A DNA stretch of 64,000 nt from an uncultured Nitrososphaerales archaeon (GTDB lineage: Archaea > Thermoproteota > Nitrososphaeria > Nitrososphaerales > Nitrososphaeraceae): the NCBI GenBank assembly GCA_963713605.1, contig CAVQMO010000001.1, forward strand, positions 416,001 through 480,000, given 5' to 3'. Position numbers and translations under genes: made by a program. The number at the start of each line of letters is the position of its first letter. The first letter of the stretch is position 1. The notes under the pieces were generated by a model that saw nothing but the letters and a program-made list of their open reading frames with translations, was not told where the DNA came from and searched no databases. Positions 1-10,019 of the stretch are shown in pieces.

Positions 1-257
1 TTTTCGGAAACTTCTACTATGTCTTCTAGATCGCTGAGACTGGCAGCGAGAACAGGTAGCGCTTTCTCGGCCAATCTACGCTTTAAAAAGAATACCCTTT
101 CTACTGCCTTATCGTTAAACGGATCGCATCCTATGCCATAGACAGTGTCAGTGGGATAAACGATGACCCCTCCGTTCTTTACTATCTTCGCACAGCTCCC
201 AATTGCCATGTGGTCCCCACATCTAAATTTCAAATAGCCCTCTGTCGTGTTGTCCAT
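1..257 (-). CDS. sua5: L-threonylcarbamoyladenylate synthase (Sua5/YrdC/TsaC), runs off the window edge
   Basis: Manual translation MDNTTEG...KNGGVIVYPTDTVYGIGCDPFNDKAVERVFFLKRR; PTDTVYG is the YrdC family motif. Not in ORF track. Confidence 0.9.
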   Translation of the reverse strand, partial: MDNTTEGYLKFRCGDHMAIGSCAKIVKNGGVIVYPTDTVYGIGCDPFNDKAVERVFFLKRRLAEKALPVLAASLSDLEDIVEVSE

Positions 258-366
258 ATCTTTCTAAAGTCAGTATAGTAGTTTGGACTATCTCCTGCTC
301 CAGGAGATAAATAATCCTTCCCTTCTGCTTGACTTTCCTTCCCTCCGGATATTGCTAGACTATTCT

Positions 367-735
367 TTATTTGTGTATTCCTTGTGCACGTCTATTCCAT
401 GCAAACATTAGAAAAATAAATGGTACCAACATGATTCCAGTAGCGATCAACACCGGTTGGATGACTCTAAAATCGACTGATTGACCTGACGCCATCATAT
501 AAGGAAAAGGGTAAAGACCTGATACGAAAAACCAGAACGCAACGAAGAGTAGAATAAACTTAAAATTTCTTTTCAAGAAGCTGGGAGGGATAGCCTTGAT
601 CTTATTACATTTCACGCATGTATTCTTCCCGTAGACTATACATGATGAACACACACTCCTTTCACAATTTGGGCAGATCCTATCACCAAATCTAGAACCA
701 CAGATTGTGCAGCTTACCAAGCTTTTCCAATCCAT
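367..735 (-). CDS. Hypothetical membrane protein with N-terminal 8-Cys zinc-finger-like domain
   Basis: From internal Met MDWKS: CTIC, CPNC, CSSC, CVKC followed by two hydrophobic helices. Confidence 0.7.
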   Translation of the reverse strand: MDWKSLVSCTICGSRFGDRICPNCERSVCSSCIVYGKNTCVKCNKIKAIPPSFLKRNFKFILLFVAFWFFVSGLYPFPYMMASGQSVDFRVIQPVLIATGIMLVPFIFLMFAWNRRAQGIHK

Positions 736-858
736 ATAGCTTGATTCGCTTAATAATATTTTGTCATCCAATTGGAAATTAGGGACTCGATAAAGGATTG
801 TTTGTAGGAGAGTAAATAGATAAATATGCTGACCATCTCCTGCATCAGAGTCTCGAGT

Positions 859-1524
859 ATGGAAATTGAGCACTGTGTATTTCCGGATGACCTAAGATAC
901 GATTTAGATAATCTGGTTTGGGCCCGGAAAGATGCGAACAATGTTCTAGTTATCGGAATTACCTCAATATTGTCCGCCATTGCTGGTAAAATTTCAGCTG
1001 TAAAGTTAAAGGATGTTAATACGACAGTAACGAGGGGAAAAAACGTAGGAACGATCGAGAGCGGAAGGTACTTTGGAGTTGTTAGAGCTCCAGTTGCTGG
1101 AAGGATTGTAGACATTAATCACGAACTTATCAGTAATCCCAAATTAGCGAATGATTCGCCCTACGAAAAGGGTTGGTTCATCGCTCTCGCTCCAACTTCG
1201 GATATTGACATCTTGAAAGGCATGAAATCGCTTCCTGACGACAGTGAGGAATTTAAATCATTGATTCGTACATTGCATGTCAAATGCTATACGGCCCTTC
1301 CAGATTTTGAAATGTTTGAAATAGGTATTGAATGTGCGGCAACTCTATCAAAATTAGACGATCTGATATCAGGGATCGAAGGTGGACAAATCATTCATCT
1401 AGTCTCAGATGATCCTACGGCCGACATCGAGATGACTAGATGGACCGAGCAGACTGGACAAAAATTGATAGAAACGAGGAAGGAAGAAAACTTATTACAT
1501 TTTCTAATCCAAAAAATGGATTGA
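859..1524 (+). CDS. GcvH/LbpA-like (lipoyl-domain fold) protein fused to a C-terminal TusA/SirA-like sulfur-carrier domain
   Basis: N-part FPDDLRYD...GTIESGRYFGVVRAPVAGRIVDIN...NDSPYEKGW is H-protein-like; C-part IGIECAATL...GQIIHLVSDDPTADIEMTRW...HFLIQK is TusA-like. Start may be 826. Confidence 0.8.
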   Translation: MEIEHCVFPDDLRYDLDNLVWARKDANNVLVIGITSILSAIAGKISAVKLKDVNTTVTRGKNVGTIESGRYFGVVRAPVAGRIVDINHELISNPKLANDSPYEKGWFIALAPTSDIDILKGMKSLPDDSEEFKSLIRTLHVKCYTALPDFEMFEIGIECAATLSKLDDLISGIEGGQIIHLVSDDPTADIEMTRWTEQTGQKLIETRKEENLLHFLIQKMD

Positions 1525-1569
1525 ATATGTCAGGATTGTTGGAATAGTCCTGATAGTATCCAATATTCG

Positions 1570-2416
1570 CTACTTCTCGATTGGGTTTGCAATCATGTTT
1601 CCCCATTCAGTCCATGAACCATCATAGTTCTTTACGTTCGGATAGCCAAGTAGGTATTTAAGAACGAACCATGTGTGTGACGACCTTTCGCCGATTCTGC
1701 AATAAGCAATAATCTCCTTATCTGGGGTAATGCCTTTTGATTCGTATAGTCTGCTTCAGCTCTTCTGTATTCTTGAACGTCCCATCACTATCATTTACTG
1801 CCTGTGCCCACGGAATGTTAACGGCTCCTGGAATGTGTCCTCCTCGCTGAGCATGTTCTGTAGGATACTCTGGTGGAGCCAGAATTTCTCCGGAAAATTC
1901 TTTTGGAGATCTAACATCTACCATCTTGAGTCCTGGGGCGCTAACAGCGCGTTTGACTTCGTCTAGAAATACCCTAATTTTACTATCTGGCTCATTGGCA
2001 ACAAAATTACCTTTTAAATAAGAAGGAACATCTTTTGTTAACGCTCTATCCTCTTGCAACCATTTTTTTCTACCACCATTGATAAGCCTAATATCCGTAT
2101 AACCATAATATTTGAGAACCCAAAATGCGAACGCGGCAAACCAATTGTTAAAATCTCCATACAATAGTAGAGTAGTATCCTTGTTTACCCCGGCATTTTG
2201 AAGAAGGTTCTGACAGGCTTCCTTAGTAAGCACATTCCGTGTAAGCGGATCGTTAATGTCGTTTTTCCAATCAAATAGTACGGCGCCAGGTATGTGTCCC
2301 AATTCGTAGTTTGCTTTTGGGTCATAGTCAACTTCTGCTATTCGGACCTTAGGATCCTTAAGGTGGTCCTCTGCCCATTGCGTGTCGACAAGTACCTCTG
2401 GATGAATGTAACTCAT
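1570..2416 (-). CDS. Thiosulfate/3-mercaptopyruvate sulfurtransferase (tandem rhodanese), frameshift near 1750
   Basis: GHIPGA motifs in both domains; C-terminus read in shifted frame gives [12 protein letters not shown]...YDGSWTEW, stop at 1570. Confidence 0.92.
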
Positions 2417-2618
2417 TCTTCTTTATGAAGTACAAGTTCTCGTAATATATTAGTTTAATATCTGGAAAAAAGCGTCCGAACTTCAAAGAATTATAAATTG
2501 ATTGAACATCATATAAACATATAACTATTATAGGGAAATAATTCGTATGAAAGACAAAGAAAATAAGGCTTTTGTTCCTTTTTTCTGTTTTTCTTGTTTC
2601 TTCCATTGCTTAGGTGTC

Positions 2619-5049
2619 TTACAAGCCCTTTGCATTTAGTAAAGGCCTGTTTGCTTCATCAGGATTTCCTGTGAAATACCCTTGACCCTCTCCGCTGCAA
2701 CCAGAAGACGGTTTTGTTCCGTTTGCATCAAGAGCGGCTTTGACTTGGGTCGGAGTAGCTCCAGGATGCGATGATTCGTACAATGCTATACCTCCGGTCA
2801 CATGTGGCGCAGCCATACTTGTTCCACTCAGTTGCGCATATTGTCCGTCAGTATATGTTGATAGGATGCCCACACCCGGTGACACTATATCAACAGGGGC
2901 TCCATAGTTACTAAACGAAGCAAAGGTGTCATCATTCCCATATTTAGTGGGTGATCCCTGCCCTCCGCATTTTCCGTCGCTATCAGCCATGGCAGATACG
3001 GCTATTACATTTGGATTTCGAGCCGGAGAGAATGAACTTGCATCCTTGTGATCGTTACCAGCTGCTACAACAAAGACAACACCTGCTCGTACCGCATTAT
3101 TGATGGCTGCATCCAATGCTGGTGAATTGCATTCACAGCCAAAGCTTAGGTTTACCACATCTATCTCATTTGAATGTGCAGTAACATAATCAATGCCCGC
3201 AATGATATCTGAAATAGAACCAGCACCGCTACTATCAAGAACCTTAATCGACCAGAGGCGTGCACCTGGAGCAACCCCAACAACCCCTATAGTATTATCC
3301 TTCGCTGCAGCTATCCCAGCCACGTGAGTCCCATGCCCATTGTCATCGTCCCCTGAAGAAGTGCTGGGTACAAATGTTTTCTCGTGATAGACATTCAAAT
3401 CAGGATGGGTAAGATCGATCCCCGTATCAAGAATTGCTATGTCTGCGTCAACACCTCCGCTCCCGTCTCCAGAAGCGGTTGGACTTGCATCCCCATCTAC
3501 TCTGTCTACTCCAACTGGAACTTTCTGACCCAAGACATGGACTCTCTGGTCAGGTTCGACGAACGCGACGCGAGGATCTTGCCTTAATTCTGAGACTAAC
3601 GCATCACTCATATTTTCTGATGTCTTCATTACATAACCATCAAGGGCATGTTCGTAGATGTTGAGAATCTCGGCGCCTTTAGTTCTTGATTCTTCTGCCA
3701 TTGCTCTTACCTCATCTGCCCTCATTCTAGCACTATCTGAACCACTAGTCGCAGTCGCTTCAGGTCTGAGTACAACTATAAATTGTCCTTTTATTGGTTC
3801 CCTAGCTGCCTTGATCAGTTCGTAACGATCATTCTGACTTCCCAGGATGACCTCTTCTAACGGAGTGAATTTATCTTTTGATTTTGGAGCAATCGTTTGG
3901 TTTGAAGTATTGGGGTCAGGAGCAATAATCTTGTTAGAAGCATTAATGTCCATAACTACGGTCGCATTATTACTACTTAGGCCGTATTTATCAACTGCCT
4001 TATACGTAAAGATATCTAGACCAGAGTAACCCTCGAAAGGAGTGTATCTAACACTGGCAGAATTTGTACCCGTGGTAAGATTTCCATGGTTAGGGAGATT
4101 GGTTATGTAATATGTTAAATGATCGATTAAATCTGAGTCACTACCATTCAAGGTGATTTCGAAGGAAGGCAGCAGGAGACACCATGGCATGGATATCTGA
4201 GACCACCGGTGCACTGTGCATGGTTGTTTCGTTAGTGTCGCTGGGGGAGCGGGAATCTCTAGCAAACGGAATGCCTTCTCTACTCACCCCAGGAGCAGTC
4301 GTAGGCTTCACATTAGGGTTCTCGGTGTTCACAGTTAGTTCACGTAATGCAATATCCTCGTTATTTTCAGAATCTCCGTAGAACGTGACCCTCAAATATC
4401 TTCCATCCGAAAGAGGGAACTTGTAGTGTTCCTTAGATTCAGTTGTTCCACTACTCGAGCTCCTTAATACATCTTCAAAATTTGTTCCATCCTTAGACAC
4501 CGACAATACAAAGTTATTTGATTTTTCATCTCCTTCTGACCAAGTCGCGTCGACTGAACAAATCTTTTTTACTATGCCAAGGTCTAACTGTAAGTAGGAC
4601 CCCAAGTCTGCCGCTAACCATTCCGTTTCAGAGTCGCCATCCAACACATTCATTGCGTCATCATCACCATTTTCATCCTCATCCCCATTGCTATGATCTT
4701 CGCTGGATGATACGGTTTGAATTGGCGCTTGCTTGCAGGATGTACTCTCTGTAGAATTTAGAATTGCCAGTTGGGAATTAAGACTTTGATCGGAAGACTT
4801 ATCTGAGATACTCGGCGATGATGATGATCTCTCCGAATCATCGTCTCCTGCATCTCCTTCATCTTCATCTGCCTTGACAAACATTGCGGCAGGAATCTGC
4901 GAGGTTATCGTTGAACCCAGGATTAGTAGAGTTATCGTAAGGTAGATTAGCAGTTGGGTACGGGCCAAATTTTGTCTAATATGAAATTTCATCACTTGAC
5001 TCACTTCCTCGCTATACTGGGATTCCTCTCTTTCCTGAATTCGCGACAT
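2619..5049 (-). CDS. Secreted modular subtilisin-like S8 protease (discoidin F5/8-C domain, Ig/cadherin-like repeat, I9 propeptide, S8 domain), frameshift near 4150-4170
   Basis: Triad motifs ILDTGID, NGHGTHVAG, SGTSMAAPHV; upstream ORF 4141..5049 has a hydrophobic N-terminal helix and VLDGDSETEW...LQLDLG...SKDGTNF...GRYLRV discoidin pattern; YTP...GLDIFTYKAVD Ig-like repeat. Confidence 0.88.
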
Positions 5050-5276
5050 TTCCTTCTAAAGTGAGATGCAAACAAATGATGCGGAAATTTTTTGTCGAAG
5101 TCGGTAATATAGCGACTAGATCTTGTCATTTCATGCTCTTCGATGATAACTTAGTATTTATGCCGAGTCCAATTTTCTACAGTAAAGAATACGAGTGTTA
5201 AACTGAACTAAAGAGGTACCATGACTTTGTTTTCTCAGATTCAGCATTCTAAAAAGGTCTTCTTAATTAAGAGCGA

Positions 5277-5654
5277 TTATTTAAGAGGAGGTGAAAGCGT
5301 CATAGTTTGATCAAGTTCAACGCTTTTTACCCGCATGTCACTTACTAGTGAATACATGATTTCCGTCTTTTTATCCGGCGGTATCTGGACAGAAAAACCA
5401 TTTATGGAGTGGCTATAGACATGGGTCACGTTTGCACCTTTCTGCTCCATCGACTTTACTATATCATCCAAATCAGCAGACGAACTTTGATTTTTCAATG
5501 TGACTATATAGGTCTCAGCATCAATTAAGCCGTCGTCCTGCGCATCCACGCTGTCCAGTACAAAAATGGATTGCAACATTAGGACTGCGCTGAAAACCAG
5601 GGCAGTAGCGAGAACGATTACAATCAAATCATAACCTTGAGGAGTTAAATTCAC
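5277..5654 (-). CDS. Stand-alone peptidase inhibitor I9 (subtilisin propeptide-like) protein with signal/anchor helix
   Basis: TYIVTLK...GANVTHVYSHSINGFSV...VKSVELDQ matches the I9 pattern and resembles the propeptide in the adjacent protease. Confidence 0.8.
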   Translation of the reverse strand: MNLTPQGYDLIVIVLATALVFSAVLMLQSIFVLDSVDAQDDGLIDAETYIVTLKNQSSSADLDDIVKSMEQKGANVTHVYSHSINGFSVQIPPDKKTEIMYSLVSDMRVKSVELDQTMTLSPPLK

Positions 5655-5865
5655 GCTGTTTCTATTGAGTTGATCATAATATTTATCAATTACTTCGAAA
5701 AAGCTCTTGTAAATTTATGAACGCCTGACAATTGCCGCATTGTTCTACGTCCTACTGCCAGTCAATGGCTGATTGGCCATCTGCTCCGCAGTCATTCATA
5801 AGTTTCTAAAACGAAGTGATACATAGTAAACAATTATCTTAAATGTCCATTTGTAGATCACATCT

Positions 5866-6801
5866 ATGAGAAGCAAGTCCATGTCGAGAGCTTGGCAACG
5901 AAGGGATACAGGACTAACAATACGGATGATAACGAGCTTCATTATACTTACGGTGCTCTATCTTGTTTTTCTTGGCGCACTGGTATACCTAGGGGTGGGC
6001 TTTATACCGATTACAATTATCGCGTCGGTACTGATCATAGCACAATGGTACTTTTCAGACAAGATTGTTCTATGGAGCTCAGGTGCAAAGGTGGTGACTA
6101 GAGAGCAATTTCCTGAGTTGCATGGATTGGTGGAAAGAATAGTTGCAAGGAACAATCTTCCCAAACCAAAGATTGCAGTAATAAATTCGGCAATCCCAAA
6201 TGCATTCGCTACAGGAAAAAGTCAAAGGAGCTCGGTAGTTGCCGTAACCACGGGATTGATGGACATCCTAAACAGCGATGAACTTGAAGGTGTTATAGGC
6301 CACGAGTTGACACATATTAGGAACAGAGACGTTTTGGTGATAACACTAGCCAGTCTCTTCTCGACTGTAGCGTGGTACCTGATGCAGTTTGGTTTCTATG
6401 GAGGGTTCTACGGAGGGGGAATGGGTGGTGGATATGGCGGAGGGAGAGATCGAGGCGGTGGAGGTGGGGCAATCTTGATCATGTTAGCAGTGGCCGCCGT
6501 TACTTGGCTTGTCAGCTTTCTGGTTATCCGAGCTATTTCAAGGTATAGAGAGTTCGCTGCTGACAGAGGATCGGCACAGATGACAGGAAAACCGGTACAG
6601 TTAGCAAACGCACTTATGAAGATAAGCGGTACGATGCAGCGTGTGCCAAATAACGATCTACGCAAAGTAGAAGGACTTAATGCCTTTTTCATTATTCCAG
6701 TACACTCTGACCGTCACACGATAGCTAACCTTTTTTCGACCCATCCTCCTGTTCAGATGCGGGTTCAAAAACTTCTAGAGATGGAGGCGTCGATGGCGTG
6801 A
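5866..6801 (+). CDS. htpX: Zinc metalloprotease HtpX (M48)
   Basis: PNAFATG, HELTH (HExxH), SRYREFAAD, FSTHPP motifs; TM helices. Confidence 0.95.
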   Translation: MRSKSMSRAWQRRDTGLTIRMITSFIILTVLYLVFLGALVYLGVGFIPITIIASVLIIAQWYFSDKIVLWSSGAKVVTREQFPELHGLVERIVARNNLPKPKIAVINSAIPNAFATGKSQRSSVVAVTTGLMDILNSDELEGVIGHELTHIRNRDVLVITLASLFSTVAWYLMQFGFYGGFYGGGMGGGYGGGRDRGGGGGAILIMLAVAAVTWLVSFLVIRAISRYREFAADRGSAQMTGKPVQLANALMKISGTMQRVPNNDLRKVEGLNAFFIIPVHSDRHTIANLFSTHPPVQMRVQKLLEMEASMA

Positions 6802-7430
6802 TAGACTCCTTGCTCAAAAGACTAGGTAAAGGCGGTTCAAATAAGAGGAGCAAGGATTATCGTGAAGAAGGAATATTCTCACTTACTTCCGCGTATATTA
6901 CACTCGAGACTAAATTAAGGTTGACCAGCACTAATAGGTGTGGAATTTGCATCAAAAATGTGAATGGGACACACTTTTCAGATACCATCAATGAAGTACG
7001 AGACTTCTTAAGAATAAGTAGTAGCGAATTTCATACACAACATATTCTAACTAATGACAAATACGGCTACCTATGGATCATGTTAAAGGGGATCAGCATT
7101 GAAGATATTTTGGTGGTGTCAAACGGAATTGCAGATGTTGTCACAGAACAGGGATTTAGGGATGAGATGCTGGCAGCGGTATTTGAATTCAGGAAAACTG
7201 TTGCTTCCAACTCCGAGTTAGACAGCCCCCAACCTGAACCCCAATTTTTGATCTTTAATTACAAGAGAGAGAAATTCTACCCCTTTGTTCCGTTAGGTGC
7301 TCAAGAGAAGAGGCGTAGTGATTGCGAACTGACGCTCATGTCTATTATTTCAAGGGAAGTCCCTTGGGAAAATGATATGACCGTATGGTATCCTATGTGG
7401 GACATGCCTTTTGATAAATTGAGGGTTTAA
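6798..7430 (+). CDS. PspA-associated protein PspAB-like
   Basis: IFSLTSAYITLE...DKYGYLW...LIFNYKREKFYPFVP...WYPMWD resembles the PspAB family; overlaps the htpX stop. Confidence 0.7.
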   Translation: MIDSLLKRLGKGGSNKRSKDYREEGIFSLTSAYITLETKLRLTSTNRCGICIKNVNGTHFSDTINEVRDFLRISSSEFHTQHILTNDKYGYLWIMLKGISIEDILVVSNGIADVVTEQGFRDEMLAAVFEFRKTVASNSELDSPQPEPQFLIFNYKREKFYPFVPLGAQEKRRSDCELTLMSIISREVPWENDMTVWYPMWDMPFDKLRV

Positions 7431-7444
7431 CCGTAGCCGAAACA

Positions 7445-8068
7445 CTAGTCAAGCCCGGGGATAATTCCCTCACCATGGAAGATTTTACTGGCTTCTTCAA
7501 TTGTTAAATCGCTGCCCGGTAGAATGATGTCAGAAGTTACTATCACCGTTGGATCTAGCAGCTTTCCTTTTTTAGTAACGATTTCTCCGAGCTGTTCAAT
7601 CTTCATTTTGAATTCCTCATCTGTCAAATTTTCCTTTTCAAACCTACGTACGATTGAATTATCAATCGCATTCAATTTTCTCAAAGTTTCTGAATCAACC
7701 GAGAATTGCCCGTGGCCCAGAACTCTAATGATTTTCTTCTTTACTCCTCTTGCAGATGTTGGCTTCTTAGGGGAACTTCTGAGTGCTCTCGAACTGCCCT
7801 TAGTCTTCTGAATGACACTTTTCCTAGATGCTCGTGCTCTTGAAGAGCGTACTCTTGTAGATTTTGCTTTACTACCCTTCTGTGTTCTTTGTTTCGTTAC
7901 TTTGACTGGAGAGAGCGAACTCTTCTTCCTTGTGCTCTTGCCACCTCCTTTGATTAGAAAACGTTTCATTGATGATGGCTTCCTTAAGTTAGACTTTGGT
8001 TTCCTGCCCTTTCTATTATCTGATCTGGTAGAAGAAGAATTACTCTCTTTTTTTCTAATCCGCCTCAT
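7445..8068 (-). CDS. PspA-associated protein PspAA-like with long Lys/Arg/Ser-rich N-terminal extension
   Basis: C-terminal IIRVLGHGQF...LNAIDN...SDIILPGSDLTIEEA...GEGIIPG is PspAA-like; directly downstream of pspA. Confidence 0.75.
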   Translation of the reverse strand: MRRIRKKESNSSSTRSDNRKGRKPKSNLRKPSSMKRFLIKGGGKSTRKKSSLSPVKVTKQRTQKGSKAKSTRVRSSRARASRKSVIQKTKGSSRALRSSPKKPTSARGVKKKIIRVLGHGQFSVDSETLRKLNAIDNSIVRRFEKENLTDEEFKMKIEQLGEIVTKKGKLLDPTVIVTSDIILPGSDLTIEEASKIFHGEGIIPGLD

Positions 8069-8805
8069 GAGGTTGCTTCCTGCTCTTGTTCCATGACCTG
8101 CTTCTTCTTTCGAAGTTTTTCGGCCTTCAACTTCGCCAATTCTTCCTCTACAGACTTATCAACTGTAATCTGTTCAAGCTCACTCTCGATTTCGTCTTTG
8201 TTAGAAGTATAGTCTACCAAGACGCCCGAATCAATCATCTCATCCAATGCCTGCGCTTTTGACTTCATTCTTTCAGCTTTCTCCTCTACCCTATTCATGG
8301 CCATGCCGACGTCGGTCATTTCCTCGGATATTCCTGTAATACTCTCCTTAATTCTGACCTGTGCCTCGGCTGAAGAATATTGAGCCTTAATCACCTCTTT
8401 TTTGGATTTAAATTCCTCTACTTTAGCAGATAGTCTCTTTTCAGTTTGTTCTAATTTCTCCTGTTCCGCCTGCATTTCTGCGATCTGCCTGTCCAGTCCC
8501 TGCATTTGAATCAGATTTGCATTCTTTCTCTGAAGAGCAAGCTTGGCAAGATCTTCTCTATTAGAATCAAGGGATCGCCTTGCTTGCTCATCCAATGTTC
8601 TTATATTGTCCCATAATCGAGCCTTCTGCATTTCCAGTCTTTTCTTCGATGTAACAACCTCAGCCATGTCCCGACGGAGACGATTGACTAGCTCTCTTTG
8701 TTTTTCGTATGAGTAATCAAGGGCTTGCCGCGGATCCTCATATTTATCAACTAGGTAATTTGCCTTTTGCTTGATAACAGTCGAAATTCTATTAAGTAAT
8801 CCCAA
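8065..8805 (-). CDS. pspA: PspA/IM30 (Vipp1/ESCRT-III superfamily) protein
   Basis: MGLLNRISTVIKQKAN...EDPRQALD N-terminus, long coiled coil, VEEELAKLK C-terminus. Confidence 0.92.
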   Translation of the reverse strand: MGLLNRISTVIKQKANYLVDKYEDPRQALDYSYEKQRELVNRLRRDMAEVVTSKKRLEMQKARLWDNIRTLDEQARRSLDSNREDLAKLALQRKNANLIQMQGLDRQIAEMQAEQEKLEQTEKRLSAKVEEFKSKKEVIKAQYSSAEAQVRIKESITGISEEMTDVGMAMNRVEEKAERMKSKAQALDEMIDSGVLVDYTSNKDEIESELEQITVDKSVEEELAKLKAEKLRKKKQVMEQEQEATS

Positions 8806-8879
8806 TTACTTTCTACTAGCTAATTTGTACAAAAATAATTATTAAATGTGACTAATCAAGTAAGAGAGAATGAATTTCA

Positions 8880-9197
8880 TCATCGGAAGTCATATCCTAA
8901 TCTCCTTCTCTCATGTTCATCAGGTGGACCTTCGTCGTCTTTCTTTTTAAAGTAACCCCACCACAATAAAAAACCTCCCGCTACCAACATCGCAATTACA
9001 AATTTTTCATTGTTAAGGTAAGGGTTAAAGTACCTAGCAAATGCCGATTCAAATGGGGGATTCACTGATTCAGGTGCGTAAGTAACAAGCACTATATTCC
9101 GAATAGTGATGATCATTGCCATAACGATAAAGAGTACCCCCATCGCGGACATCCAATTTCTGCCGCGATTGTTATTTTCTTTTTTAGTAAAGATCAT
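8880..9197 (-). CDS. Hypothetical small membrane protein (2 TM)
   Basis: Two hydrophobic segments and a charged C-tail; same strand as neighbours. Confidence 0.6.
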   Translation of the reverse strand: MIFTKKENNNRGRNWMSAMGVLFIVMAMIITIRNIVLVTYAPESVNPPFESAFARYFNPYLNNEKFVIAMLVAGGFLLWWGYFKKKDDEGPPDEHERRRLGYDFR

Positions 9198-9209
9198 TTC
9201 TAATGGGAT

Positions 9210-9885
9210 TCAAGTCAGCATTAATCCCGGGTGTTTAATTTTATTCCTTTTTGAGGCGTTTAGCAACATGGGGGTTAATATTTCCGCTTGGTAGCTCATC
9301 GACAATGGCCCCAGATAGATTGGCCGAAGTCCATTAATGTCTGCTATTAATGAATTAATTGTTGATACATTGTTTTGGTCATCACCGCATACGAAAGTGT
9401 CACCGGTCAGATTTTGTTTGACATCCTTCAATTTAACCTCTGATATTGTGTGGAACGCCGAGACGATTCTTTCTCTGGGTCGAATGTAATCCGAGACCAG
9501 CTCAGCGGCAGATTTTACTCCTTCCTCTAAAGGCAAGTATGTGAACCCTTTATCCTCCCTTCTCATGGGAACTATGGGTGTTACTATTATGCATTTGGGG
9601 CTAATCCTCTCTGAGATGCCAGCGCACGTGCTTTCGGTTGATTCATAGGGAATAGACAAAATGACCAAGTCGCAGATTTCGGATAGTCGGACATTTTCTT
9701 CCCCACTGATATTTCCAGTCATATTGTTACCGTAGGTCTCCCTAGCCGAAATCATATATTGTTTTGCTCGCTTCATTTGCTCTGGTTGCATCGCGAGACC
9801 CAATAAAAATGTCGTGCTTCAAGCACCAACGTAGTGCAAACCCCTCTCCCATTCCTCCTGTTCCGCCGACAATACCGATCTTCAT
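9210..9885 (-). CDS. npdG: NADPH-dependent F420 reductase (F420H2:NADP+ oxidoreductase), frameshift near 9780-9800
   Basis: Manual N-terminus MKIGIVGGTGGMGEGFALRW...IGSRD; C-part VILSIPY, IVSAFHTIS, VCGDD. Confidence 0.85.
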
Positions 9886-10019
9886 CCTATTCAGATCCAA
9901 CAGGCTCAAGTATGAAAACATTTTCTGGAACTTCTTAATTGGTTACCATCTTCGTTTGTTAATACTCTTAACAATGCGTTTTAATAGGTAAGGAATGACT
10001 ACGATCTTGAAGATTTAGG

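Noticed and set aside
6390..6470. G-rich low-complexity run
   Set aside because: Encodes the Gly-rich loop of HtpX; not a repeat element.
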